DNA from: an uncultured Candidatus Saccharibacteria bacterium
Lineage (GTDB): Bacteria; Patescibacteriota; JABMPQ01; JAQVVF01
Direction: 5' to 3'
Assembly (NCBI GenBank): GCA_964574655.1
Contig: CAZNOH010000002.1
Location: forward strand, 29,620 to 93,619
DNA length: 64,000 bases
Part shown: positions 46,895 to 56,855 of the stretch, piece after piece
How the letters are laid out: each line of letters opens with the position of its first letter
How positions within the stretch are numbered: position 1 is the stretch's first letter
The notes under the pieces: generated by a model
Database searches by the model: none
Told to the model about the DNA's origin: nothing
Seen by the model: the letters and a program-made list of their open reading frames with translations, nothing else
Translations under genes and position numbers: made by a program

Positions 46895-47302
46895 ATGGCG
46901 AGAAAACAGCAAGAATTGACTTTTAAGCAAATTAGAAAGGTACTGGAGGACCTGAGGGGCTTAACACCAGAAATCATTGATAGAATAATAATTTTTAGCC
47001 AAGATTATGTTTCGCTTAGAATGAGAAATGAACTTTTGAATTTACACATGGTCGCTCGATGTTTTCCTCAAAATACAGCAAAGGCTGTAAACATTATGTT
47101 GGATGCACTGGACATAGGAACAATCACAGAATTTACTGATGGATTTGTAGAAGCGCATCAGAAAGCATTTGCACTGCGAAAAAAGTCAAAAATTCCGCAT
47201 GATCCTTTATTGCTTTCAATCGAATTGCTAGAATACTGCTCTCCATTTATTCAAACTACTAGGAATAAGAATAAAAGAATGTTCACTTTAAAAGACCTAT
47301 AA
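46895..47302 (+). CDS. hypothetical protein (islet; SD AGGGAGG; start at MARKQQ)
   Basis: A palindromic operator-like site ATTATTGACacaaaGTCAATAtAAT lies in the divergent promoter region at 46825-46852. Confidence 0.5.
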   Translation: MARKQQELTFKQIRKVLEDLRGLTPEIIDRIIIFSQDYVSLRMRNELLNLHMVARCFPQNTAKAVNIMLDALDIGTITEFTDGFVEAHQKAFALRKKSKIPHDPLLLSIELLEYCSPFIQTTRNKNKRMFTLKDL

Positions 47303-47319
47303 GGCCTTTTTTTATTTGG

Positions 47320-48849
47320 TTAGCTATTTTCTTTTGGCCGATATTGCAACGCTTCGGCAATATGCTTTGATTCAATATTATCCAAACCTTCCAGATCAGC
47401 TATTGTTCTAGAAACCTTCAAAATTCGGTTGTAGGCACGAGCAGAAAGATGAAGGGTATTTACAGCATTACGCAAGAGCTCTTGCGACACAGAGTCAATT
47501 CTGCAAAAATTCCTCATCTCTGAATGGCCCATTTCTGAATTAGAGGTTATTTGCATATTTGTAAATCGTTTCCCCTGAATTTCGCGAGCTCTCTGAACAC
47601 GCCCCTGAACATTCGAGGATTTTTCAGCTAATGTTTCATCAACTAAATTTTCATATTTTACTTTAGGCACATCAATATGCAAATCAATTCTATCCATCAA
47701 TGGGCCAGAAATTCTTTTCTGATAACGTGAGACTTCAATCGGCGTGCAAGAACATTCTTTGTCATTGCACATATAATATCCGCAAGGACAAGGATTCATA
47801 GACGCAACTAAAGTGAATTTAGCTGGAAAAGATAATGTTTGCTGAGCACGAGATATCTGAATAATGTTATCTTCTAATGGCTGTCTAAGATTATCAAGTA
47901 TTTTACGATCAAATTCAGGCAATTCATCTAAAAATAAAACACCGCGATGCGCCAAGCTTATTTCACCTGGCCTAGGCCAAGCACCCCCGCCAACCAAGCT
48001 GACACCAGAAGCAGTATGATGCGGACTTCGAAATGGTCTAATCTTAACAAGAGAATCATTGTCGCTTAGCAAACCAGCAATAGAATAAATTTTAGTCACT
48101 TCAAGAGCTTCTGCAACTGTCATTTTCGGCAGAATAGTCGGCAAAGTCCTAGCCAATAATGTTTTTCCAGATCCAGGAGGACCAGACATCAGAATATTGT
48201 GTGAACCAGAAGCAGCAATCTCCAAAGCGCGTTTAGCATGTTCCTGACCTTTTATATATGCCAAATCAAATTTGGAAATTACGTTATTGTCTTCCAGGAT
48301 AACTAATCCTTGTGATTTAGTTGGAACAATAACATTCGTGCCTGTTAAATGCATTATTAGCTGAAATAGCGACTTTACCGGAAATATTTCAATGTCAGAA
48401 ATCAAACTTGCTTCAGCCAAATCGCACTCAGGCAAAAATAATTGTTTAAAGCCCTTTTCTTTTACCATTGATGCAACAGAAATTATGCCATTGATATGCC
48501 TGAGCTCGCCTTCTAAAGATAATTCGCCAATAAAAATTTTGTCTTTTTCATCAAAATCAAGATTGCCAGACGCTTTAAGTATTGTCAAAGCCATCGCTAA
48601 ATCAAAAGCCGGCCCCTCTTTTTTGAGATTAGCCGGCGCTAAATTAACAGTTACTCTCTTTGGTGGAAACGAAAATCCACTATTTTTTATAGCTGAACGC
48701 ACTCTTGCTCGTGATTCCTGAACTGTTTTATCAGGTAATCCGACAACATCAAAAACTGGCTGAATGCTATTTTGAAAAATATCAGCTTCGACTTGTATTG
48801 GATAACAATCCAAACCTATTACAGATGCGCTTATGACCCTCCCAGGCAT
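47320..48849 (-). CDS. comM: Mg-chelatase-like AAA+ protein YifB/ComM
   Basis: N-terminal Lon-like domain, Walker A SGPPGSGKT, C-terminal ChlI-like region. Confidence 0.85.
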   Translation of the reverse strand: MPGRVISASVIGLDCYPIQVEADIFQNSIQPVFDVVGLPDKTVQESRARVRSAIKNSGFSFPPKRVTVNLAPANLKKEGPAFDLAMALTILKASGNLDFDEKDKIFIGELSLEGELRHINGIISVASMVKEKGFKQLFLPECDLAEASLISDIEIFPVKSLFQLIMHLTGTNVIVPTKSQGLVILEDNNVISKFDLAYIKGQEHAKRALEIAASGSHNILMSGPPGSGKTLLARTLPTILPKMTVAEALEVTKIYSIAGLLSDNDSLVKIRPFRSPHHTASGVSLVGGGAWPRPGEISLAHRGVLFLDELPEFDRKILDNLRQPLEDNIIQISRAQQTLSFPAKFTLVASMNPCPCGYYMCNDKECSCTPIEVSRYQKRISGPLMDRIDLHIDVPKVKYENLVDETLAEKSSNVQGRVQRAREIQGKRFTNMQITSNSEMGHSEMRNFCRIDSVSQELLRNAVNTLHLSARAYNRILKVSRTIADLEGLDNIESKHIAEALQYRPKENS

Positions 48850-48980
48850 GTTTCAATATTAAAAATTAAAAAGTCAAAATGAAAAATAACGTAACGACGA
48901 CATTGACAGCCTGAAATTATTATGCTATATATATTATAATAATGTAAAGTCGAGGAAAAGACAAAGGGGAGAAGGAAAAG

Positions 48981-49400
48981 ATGGAACTAGAAGAAGGAGA
49001 AGAAATGGCAGAAAGCAGGATTGAAAAGCTTCTTGAAATTGCACTGGAAATCGTGGGCTGTTACATGTATATCCATAAAGTGGAAGAAATAGACATTGAT
49101 CAAGGCCCTGGATCTCGGATTGTAGAGCAGTGGGTACGCATGCACTTTTGCACAAAAAAAGATATGAGAGAACGCTTCGAAGACACACCAAACGCACAAA
49201 ACGCACAAAACACACCAAACGCACACACTTATTTTTTGAAGGTTGATTTTGCAGAAATTATATTTCAACAGGCAATTCTGAAGTTGCTCGAGCTCGGTAC
49301 TGGACAAAAATTTCAACAAATTTCGCACCATGATTGTCGGACCGTATACATCCGCCAAGATTTCTTGGATGAATACAATCAATTATCCAAAAAGCCATAA
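48981..49400 (+). CDS. hypothetical acidic protein (islet; SD GGGGAGAAGGA)
   Basis: Preferred over the overlapping minus-strand ORFs because of its SD and the terminator tcgcactcatgtgcga plus a T-run at 49418-49445. It contains a CAAACGCACA simple repeat. Confidence 0.5.
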   Translation: MELEEGEEMAESRIEKLLEIALEIVGCYMYIHKVEEIDIDQGPGSRIVEQWVRMHFCTKKDMRERFEDTPNAQNAQNTPNAHTYFLKVDFAEIIFQQAILKLLELGTGQKFQQISHHDCRTVYIRQDFLDEYNQLSKKP

Positions 49401-49538
49401 AAACAATAGATCTTTTTTCGCACTCATGTGCGATTTTTTTATAGCTTAAATCATTAAGTATAGACAAAAACAATTTATTATGTTATCTTAAAAAGTAATG
49501 TTCTTTCACAAGCGGTGAAAGCCGCAAGGAGGAGAGGA

Positions 49539-50075
49539 ATGAAGAAATTCATGATTTTGTTTGCACTTTTCTTCTGCGCATGTGCAACTTCGTCAACTCC
49601 ATCAGTGAAATATGTCACAGTCGAAGATGTTGCACCAGAATATACAGCCTTCAAGCGTGAAAAGCCGATCAATCCCGTCTCAATATGGCCAGATGCAAAT
49701 TTGCTCTCGAATGATCGCGAGCCACAAATTATCAAAGAATGGACGAGCAAAGCAAGCGAAAGTGAACAGCATGATGCAGAGTTCAAAGGGCCACTTTGGT
49801 TCAAGCAACTCAGTGAGCAAGCAAATGCATTGAAAGCAAATGCCGGCTCATGCTTGATGGTGTACTATATGGGAAAACTGCAATCAAAAGACAATAAAGG
49901 CGATTGGTGGAGAGATGCACTTATGATTCAAGGCGTTCCTTCATGGCTAGTCATTGTCGGCAGGCAACTATATACGCTGACAGATGAAAATCCCGAAATG
50001 ATCATGGTTCAGCTCGTAGGCAATTGTGTCCATCTGAAAACCGTAGCATTTCATCATGGCGGAGGATATCATTAA
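49539..50075 (+). CDS. putative lipoprotein (islet)
   Basis: SD AAGGAGGAGAGG; MKKFMILFALFFCAC signal peptide with a lipobox. Confidence 0.55.
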   Translation: MKKFMILFALFFCACATSSTPSVKYVTVEDVAPEYTAFKREKPINPVSIWPDANLLSNDREPQIIKEWTSKASESEQHDAEFKGPLWFKQLSEQANALKANAGSCLMVYYMGKLQSKDNKGDWWRDALMIQGVPSWLVIVGRQLYTLTDENPEMIMVQLVGNCVHLKTVAFHHGGGYH

Positions 50076-50094
50076 CGTTCTTTTTCTACACGCT

Positions 50095-50562
50095 CTAGCG
50101 TGTTTTTTTATTACTCGCCTTTCTAAATTCAAGCACAATCATTATAATTATGCCTATAATTATATAAAAATCAGCAAGATTTAGAACGCTTAAATTAAAT
50201 AAATGAATATAATCAACAACAAAGCCTCTATATATTCTATCAATTAAGTTAGAAAAAGCGCCAGCAATCACTAGCATTAAAGAAAAAAGAATCAAAAAAT
50301 TCATATTTTTCAACTCTTGTTGAAATTTTTGCAGTAAAAAGTATAATACTAAAAATATTACAAGATACATAATCACTTTTGGCATTGGAAAGCCAAAAGC
50401 AATGCCAGAATTCTGGAATTGAGCAATTCCAAAATTATTGTTTAATACAAAAAAACCATCTTGAGGAAGATAGTTTACAACAATAAATTTACAAAATTGA
50501 TCAAAAAAAACTAAAACCAAGCCAATTATAATCAAATATAAAACCTTAATTTTGTTTTTCAT
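50095..50562 (-). CDS. lspA: lipoprotein signal peptidase II
   Basis: NSGIAFG, NLIDR and FNLAD motifs; four TM segments. Confidence 0.85.
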   Translation of the reverse strand: MKNKIKVLYLIIIGLVLVFFDQFCKFIVVNYLPQDGFFVLNNNFGIAQFQNSGIAFGFPMPKVIMYLVIFLVLYFLLQKFQQELKNMNFLILFSLMLVIAGAFSNLIDRIYRGFVVDYIHLFNLSVLNLADFYIIIGIIIMIVLEFRKASNKKTR

Positions 50563-50573
50563 TTAACCAAATA

Positions 50574-50936
50574 CTATTTTTTTGTTTTTGCGCAATCTAT
50601 GCACAATTTTGCAGTTGGACTAGCTTCTAATCTTGCCTTGTCCATATCTTTGGCGCATTTTTCACATTTTCCGAATGAGCCTTCTTTTATTCTATCTAAA
50701 GCTTCATTAACATCTTTAAGTTTCAATTCTAAATTGCTCTCAACAGACAAATTGCTATCATAAAGTGATACTTCAGCTGCTTCAGCAGTGTTATCAAAGA
50801 TTGGATCGCCAAAATTACTAAATTTTGCATCAAAAGTTCCTTTTGTTTTAGGATCTTTTGTTGCAACATCGCCTAAACTCTTCACAAGCTGTTGTTTTTC
50901 TTTTTCTAATTTTTCTTTTATATTGTTGTCTTGCAT
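50574..50936 (-). CDS. DksA/TraR-family C4 zinc-finger protein
   Basis: C-terminal CEKCAKDM...CIDCAK. Confidence 0.75.
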   Translation of the reverse strand: MQDNNIKEKLEKEKQQLVKSLGDVATKDPKTKGTFDAKFSNFGDPIFDNTAEAAEVSLYDSNLSVESNLELKLKDVNEALDRIKEGSFGKCEKCAKDMDKARLEASPTAKLCIDCAKTKK

Positions 50937-52013
50937 TTGTATTATATTTAATATCTAATACATTAAGTTTACCACTAAATTAAATAAAAATCCAGTGAAA
51001 TAAAAAAAAACAGGCGCCAGAGGGCGCCCGTTAAAAATATTTAATGGCGCTCTGGCACCCGTTGGAGTCATATCTTACCGCCTTTCTCCTATTTGTGTTT
51101 AGCACATAGGATAAGAGCAGGATTTAGCGATATAACTCATACAAGGTGCACAAGAAGCCTGATAGTTCTTCAATGTGTCTTTTCTCTCACCGTCCTTCTG
51201 GCTTTTGATCTATTTTGGATCTTGGCCTTAATTTTTGTTTTTGATTTTTTGACCCCAATTGATTTGGAGTATAAAGTACAATACGGGTGTATCAGCACCC
51301 TTAACGGACAGAGAGAGCGTGCCTCACGCGAATACTCACTGATTTCACTAATTGCCACTAATGCGATTAGAATTAGTGTTAATTAGTGAAATTAGTGTAG
51401 ATTAATGTGAAGGACGCTCTTTCCGTACGGTCGCAGTAAAATAGATTTTAATTAAGATATCGTTAATCAGCATAAGTTGCCCAAAGCTGACCAAATGGCA
51501 GAGCCATTGAAGATTAGCGCGGGTAAAAGAAGAGGAAATATACAATAGTTCATCTTATAAACATATATTACCACTCAGGATAGCAAAAGAAATGTGTTCT
51601 TTTGGCTCGTCTATGAATCATTTTAGCTTTTTTCTATGTAAATCAAGATTCTCCACTCTGCAACACGTCAAAGAGCAAACTTTTCTTCAATTACAATATA
51701 AACTAGGCAGAAAGCCTAATCTGATTCTGACAAGCTCAAATTTTGAAAAAACGTTTTTTGTTTTTGTTTCTACATATATTATAGCATGAAATAACAATTT
51801 GTTCAAACCTTGTGATAAATAATAATTAGGGCTTTAATAAAGCCAATATGCGAGTTATCAACAGTGAACAATAAAGTTATACACAGGCATGTTAATAACT
51901 ATTAAGCAGTTTTGAACAACATAGTACCAGCTTATCCACAGTCTTTTGAACAATTTAATAACAAAAAAATCCAGATAACTGGATTAAAAAGATCTAATAT
52001 TGAATTTTTAAGA

Positions 52014-52253
52014 TCAATCTCCGCCAAAACGAGGCTCAGTGCCAAGCGGACAGATACCTCGCTCTTTTGCCATTTTCAAAAGTTCATAATCAGCAGGCGA
52101 GATCAGCACTACAACAGATTTGGTGTGTTCGTCATAAGACGTGATGACAACAGCACAACAACTTTTGTCTCGTATCGAGCCGATCTGTTCTAGAAGAAAG
52201 CTTGCTTGACGAAAGCTTGCTAGTTCATCAAGTCCAATTCTTTTTTCCTGCAT
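52014..52253 (-). CDS. Phd/YefM-like antitoxin-fold protein (islet)
   Basis: SCCAVVITSYDEHTKSVVVLISPADYELL matches the Phd/YefM beta-hairpin pattern; SD GAGGAGG; start placed at MQEKRIG. Confidence 0.5.
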   Translation of the reverse strand: MQEKRIGLDELASFRQASFLLEQIGSIRDKSCCAVVITSYDEHTKSVVVLISPADYELLKMAKERGICPLGTEPRFGGD

Positions 52254-52273
52254 TTCTCGTCCTCCTCTCGTGG

Positions 52274-52624
52274 CTAGCAAAGCAAAATATAATCCAAATC
52301 AGTAATCGGAGCAGCACACATTTCCTTCTCTCGCAATTCATCGCCAGTAACATAAACATAGCTGCCAGATTCCAACGTACTGACAATACGGGCTGGATTT
52401 TGAATAACATCAATAAAATCAATCTCAATTACATTGCAGACTCGTTTAGAATCTGCCCAAAAATGTTTCAAGCGATCCAAGGCAAATGCAGTAATAATCA
52501 CTCCGAGCTGTTTTTCTCCATCCACAAGAACAGCAACATAGCCACAATCAAGATAATAGTAGGCGCAGGTTGGATCAGCTAGAAAATCAGAATACAAAAG
52601 CTCTTTTGCAACAGCTGAAATCAT
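52274..52624 (-). CDS. hypothetical 116-aa protein between two Phd-like genes
   Basis: SD AGGAAGG. Confidence 0.45.
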   Translation of the reverse strand: MISAVAKELLYSDFLADPTCAYYYLDCGYVAVLVDGEKQLGVIITAFALDRLKHFWADSKRVCNVIEIDFIDVIQNPARIVSTLESGSYVYVTGDELREKEMCAAPITDLDYILLC

Positions 52625-52656
52625 TATTCGCCTTCCTTTTTGCCATCAGCACCTCG

Positions 52657-52860
52657 CTATAAGGCAGAAAGCGGAATTGTTATGGGAATGCCAGCTATGC
52701 CGAGATCTCTCAAAATATCTGGCGAAACTATTCCTGCTATAGCCTTGCTATGCTTTTTTATAACAATGCAGTCCGTTCGTTCTGCAGTACTGATTTCATC
52801 AAGTAGCGAATCAAGATCTCCTGGCAACGATTCAATATCATAAGAAACCTGTTCTAGCAT
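52657..52860 (-). CDS. second Phd/YefM-like small protein
   Basis: RTDCIVIKKHSKAIAGIVSPDILRDL; SD AGGAGG precedes MLEQV. Confidence 0.45.
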   Translation of the reverse strand: MLEQVSYDIESLPGDLDSLLDEISTAERTDCIVIKKHSKAIAGIVSPDILRDLGIAGIPITIPLSAL

Positions 52861-52877
52861 TGTCTTCCTCCTTTTTC

Positions 52878-53159
52878 CTAGAGTAGCATCTTTTCTGTCA
52901 GCCAATTTTCAAATCTTGAAAACAGAAAAGGAAATACAACAAAAAAAATAATTATTGACAGTAAAAAAGAATAAGGAATTTTTGCTACAATATCAAAGTC
53001 AAAGATTTCCCATAATAAAATAATAGTCACCGAAGATAAAGACAAAGAAGCAAAAAAACTTAAGAGATAGTTAACTGCTAGTATAGAAATATCAATTTTA
53101 CCGGATTCAGAATATAGCACAAAATCACGCCACCACTTTTTTTGCTTTTGCTCAGGCAT
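52878..53159 (-). CDS. small two-TM membrane protein (islet)
   Basis: SD GAGGAGG. Confidence 0.45.
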   Translation of the reverse strand: MPEQKQKKWWRDFVLYSESGKIDISILAVNYLLSFFASLSLSSVTIILLWEIFDFDIVAKIPYSFLLSIIIFFVVFPFLFSRFENWLTEKMLL

Positions 53160-53230
53160 TACGTCCTCCTCTTTTTTTTCCGTTTAGATTGTCAAAGAAC
53201 AAATAATAATATCCAAATTAAATAATAATG

Positions 53231-55933
53231 TCAATTCTTTAAAAACTTTTCAACCTCATTGCCGATTTCCTTGATTTCGTAATGTCCAACGCCAACTCTA
53301 GGCAAAGCTTGAAGAAATTTTGCGCCATAATCAGTATTTTCTAATCTTAAATCAAGCATCACAACAACGCCTTTGTCAGTCTTTGATCTAATCAATCTGC
53401 CAAATCCTTGTTTGAAAGTCAAAATTGCACGAGGAATAGAGTATTGCATGAACTTATTTTGATATTGTGAAGATCTTGCTTCAAAGATTGGCTCGCTTGG
53501 AACTTCAAAAGGAATTTTGACAATTACCAGACAAGACAAATTATCTCCAGGAATATCAACGCCTTCCCAGAAAGATGCCGTTCCAAGTAGTATTGTATTT
53601 TTATCTTTTTTAAAAGCATTTAGTAATTTCATTTTACCTCCAGTCACGCCTTGCGCTAAAACTTTCACACCTTCTTGTCGCAATTCATAAGCCAATTTTT
53701 TATAAACATGCCTGATTGCCGAGTAAGATGTAAAAAGAGCCATAGTTCTGCCCTTTAACCTTTTTCCAATATCAATTAATACATCGCAAGTCTTATTATT
53801 AAAATCATTATGATTTGGCAATGGAAAATCAGTTGGCAAAATTATTGTTGACTGCTTTTCGTATTCATAATGAGAGGGGATTTGAATTTTATCAAAAGTA
53901 TCATCTAATCCTAATTTTTTAGCAAAATAATCAAAGCCTTGATCAGTAGTTAACGTGGCTGAAGATAAAATAACAGTTTCTTTCTTAGTAAACAAGCTCT
54001 CTTTCAAATAGCCATCAATATTCAACGGCGCAAAAAACAAATTAATCTTTTCTTCTCTGAAAGTCAGCCAATAGATTCCATTTTCTGTTGGATTAATAAT
54101 GATTTCTTTTAGCAAATCTTTTGTCTCTCTATTTTCCATAATCAAGCCATCAAGATCATAGAAAATTTCTTGCCAAGCTATATCTGTTGATGCGTAATTA
54201 ATTTTCAAATGATCCAATAGCTCAACCAAGCCTTTTTCTACAATTTCAAACAACAAAACAAGATTATTAATTGAGCCAGTCACTTTCCACCATTCACCAT
54301 AATTTCTTACTCTGTCAGTCAATAATAATTTTAGCCGGCCATTATAAAAATCCTGAAAAGCATTATTCTTAATAAAAATATTCAAAATGCCAAAAAACAG
54401 ATCAGTTTGATTCGTCAGTTTTTCTAAATTATGCAAAATTTTATCTTTTAATTCAGAATTATCTTTCTTACTAATCTTATTTATAATTGCTTTAACATTT
54501 TTCAAAAATTCATCGATTTTTTCATTTGAAACAAATTTAGTTAGTTGAGAAGTCATACTATCTTCAAGATGATGAGCTTCATCAATGATCAAGTGCTTAT
54601 AATCCAAATAATTTTCATCATCAGAGTTCAAAGCCAGCAAAGCATGATTAATAATTACAATGTCTGCAGTTTTTGCTTCTTCTTTTGCTCTATAATAAAA
54701 ACATTTCTTTTGATTTGGACATTTTCTCTTCAAGCAAAAATTAGAATTGCAGACCAAGCTTCGTTTTATCCAATCCTCATGAAAATTTAAAGCTAATTCT
54801 CCTAAAATTCCTTCTTTAGTTTCTGGAAGCCATAATAAAATTTTAATCAAAACTGTTAATTCATCTTCATTTAAATCTTTTTTAGACCTAAAGTCTTCAA
54901 ATCTTCTCAAACAAAGATAATTTTCTCTGCCAACTAGCTTTTTTGCTTTGAAATTAAAATTTACTGCTTCAGATGCAACTGGAATATCTTTATAAAGCAA
55001 TTGATCCTGAAGATTCAAGGTATGTGTTGAAATAACAATTTTTTCATTATTTGCCTTGGCAAAATAGATAGCTGGCAATAAATAGGCTAGTGACTTGCCA
55101 ACGCCAGGTCCTGCCTCAACAACCAAATGTTTTTGACCTAAAAAAGTCTGGCTCACTTTTTTCATCATCTCAACTTGATTTGGCCGGAATTCAAAATTCT
55201 TGAAAACCTTGCTTAATTTTCCTTGATTCTCAAACATCTTTTCAATCTTATCTAATTCAAACTCAGGAATAACATCTTTTTTAGCTTGCAAAGTTTTTTT
55301 GGATAGTTCGTCAACGACTTTATGAACTTTAAGAACTTTATGAACTTTTAACTTGCTCGCAAACAGGTCTTTCAAGCTCCATTCATGTCTAGCTAGTATT
55401 TTTTCAATATCTTTAATTATCGTATTATCTAATCCATTAATTTTATCAAGCAAAAACAAAAATAGCTGATGAGTGGCTAAAACATCGCCCATTGCGCGAT
55501 GGCTTTGCAAATTTTTTATTTTCAAAAAAGAAACCAATGATTCAAGACTATGTGATCCAAGACTCGGCAGTAAAACAGTTGCTAATTTCCAGGTATCATA
55601 AGATTTATTTGTTAAATCTATTCCTTTGGCTTTCAAATAGCCCAAATCAAAAGAAATATTATGTCCAACAATAGGAAAATCGTTGACAAATTTAATTAAA
55701 TTATCTTGGACTTGATGCAAAAGAGGAGCATCTTTAACAATATCTTCTGTAATTCCAGTTATTGCCTTAATTATTTTTGGAATATCAGTTTTTGGATTAA
55801 CAAATGTCTGAAATTCATCAATTATTTTGTCATCCTGAAATTTAATTACCGCAATCTCAATAATTTCGCCAAGCGTGGGAGAAAGATCAGTTACTTCTAT
55901 ATCGAGGCAAACGTAAGTTTTTAGTTTAAGCAT
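53231..55933 (-). CDS. dinG: DinG-family ATP-dependent helicase fused to an N-terminal DnaQ-like 3'-5' exonuclease
   Basis: CLDIEVTDL exonuclease motif I, Walker A, the DEAHHLED box and C-terminal helicase motifs. Confidence 0.85.
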   Translation of the reverse strand: MLKLKTYVCLDIEVTDLSPTLGEIIEIAVIKFQDDKIIDEFQTFVNPKTDIPKIIKAITGITEDIVKDAPLLHQVQDNLIKFVNDFPIVGHNISFDLGYLKAKGIDLTNKSYDTWKLATVLLPSLGSHSLESLVSFLKIKNLQSHRAMGDVLATHQLFLFLLDKINGLDNTIIKDIEKILARHEWSLKDLFASKLKVHKVLKVHKVVDELSKKTLQAKKDVIPEFELDKIEKMFENQGKLSKVFKNFEFRPNQVEMMKKVSQTFLGQKHLVVEAGPGVGKSLAYLLPAIYFAKANNEKIVISTHTLNLQDQLLYKDIPVASEAVNFNFKAKKLVGRENYLCLRRFEDFRSKKDLNEDELTVLIKILLWLPETKEGILGELALNFHEDWIKRSLVCNSNFCLKRKCPNQKKCFYYRAKEEAKTADIVIINHALLALNSDDENYLDYKHLIIDEAHHLEDSMTSQLTKFVSNEKIDEFLKNVKAIINKISKKDNSELKDKILHNLEKLTNQTDLFFGILNIFIKNNAFQDFYNGRLKLLLTDRVRNYGEWWKVTGSINNLVLLFEIVEKGLVELLDHLKINYASTDIAWQEIFYDLDGLIMENRETKDLLKEIIINPTENGIYWLTFREEKINLFFAPLNIDGYLKESLFTKKETVILSSATLTTDQGFDYFAKKLGLDDTFDKIQIPSHYEYEKQSTIILPTDFPLPNHNDFNNKTCDVLIDIGKRLKGRTMALFTSYSAIRHVYKKLAYELRQEGVKVLAQGVTGGKMKLLNAFKKDKNTILLGTASFWEGVDIPGDNLSCLVIVKIPFEVPSEPIFEARSSQYQNKFMQYSIPRAILTFKQGFGRLIRSKTDKGVVVMLDLRLENTDYGAKFLQALPRVGVGHYEIKEIGNEVEKFLKN

Positions 55934-56088
55934 AAAAAATAGTGATTGAATATTGAAAATTGAATATTAAGATTAAAAAACGTTAAACTAATCTTAACAC
56001 ATAAATATTCAATATTTAATATTCAATATTTATCGTATAAAAAAAGCAGAAATAAATCTGCTAAAACAAAAAGGACAAAAACTATTAT

Positions 56089-56706
56089 TTATGGACGCGC
56101 GTAATCATCAAAGATCAGGCCTAGAAGAATAAAATCATTTTGCATAGACCCATATGATTCATCGATCAAATCAAAATTAGGGTTGTCAGAAAGAAGTTCG
56201 GTTCTGATTTTTTCCAAAAGAAGATAGACTCGTTGCATTCTATATAACTTGTCTTCATCATAAGAATCAACAAAATCATCAAGTCTTTCGAGTCTGTCAA
56301 TTAAGGCATTGTATTTATCTGCAAGAGAATGGAGTTTAAAGCAATTCTTGGATTTTTGATCGTCAGCTCTCTTTTTTGCCTTTTCATATTTTCTTTTCTC
56401 AGAATTATAGATCCAGCGAGTAGAAAGTCCGAGAATCAGTGCAAGTGCCCAAAAAACAATACTAAACTGTAACAGGTCAATTTCTTTTCTAAAAGGATGA
56501 AAAAATTCAAATGCCAGATATACGCCCATACAAAATGCAAAGAAAATCCAATAATTTCTTTTTGACTTTTTTGGGTTAAAGTATAAAGAGCGCAATTCAG
56601 AAACTGCAGAATTATATAGATTGGAAAGCTCGCGCACATAATTTGTAACGTCAAATTTTTTCACGCATAGCATACTTAATTTGCTTTCGTTGATTTCTGC
56701 GCTCAT
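56089..56706 (-). CDS. hypothetical two-TM protein (islet; SD AGGAGGGAG)
   Basis: Flanked by near-identical hairpins aaaaagcagaaaNaaatctgctaa at 56049-56075 and 56798-56822. Confidence 0.45.
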   Translation of the reverse strand: MSAEINESKLSMLCVKKFDVTNYVRELSNLYNSAVSELRSLYFNPKKSKRNYWIFFAFCMGVYLAFEFFHPFRKEIDLLQFSIVFWALALILGLSTRWIYNSEKRKYEKAKKRADDQKSKNCFKLHSLADKYNALIDRLERLDDFVDSYDEDKLYRMQRVYLLLEKIRTELLSDNPNFDLIDESYGSMQNDFILLGLIFDDYARP

Positions 56707-56855
56707 CTTCTCCCTCCTCTTGGTTGTGCAAGGAACAATATAATAGATTACACTTTGCGATAATTATTGTCAATATTAGCCTAATATTTCTAAAAAATAA
56801 AAAAGCAGAAAAATCTGCTAATATTTAATATTTAATTCTTAATTCTTAATAATAG

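Noticed and set aside
48934-49382. Minus-strand ORFs 48934..49224 and 48987..49382
   Set aside because: The overlapping plus-strand ORF has a strong SD and a downstream intrinsic terminator. The minus ORFs lack both.
51093-51386. Overlapping ORFs 51093..51386 + and 51170..51358 -
   Set aside because: The two candidates are mutually exclusive with no SD, promoter or motif to discriminate between them. I left them uncalled; the region might instead hold an ncRNA.
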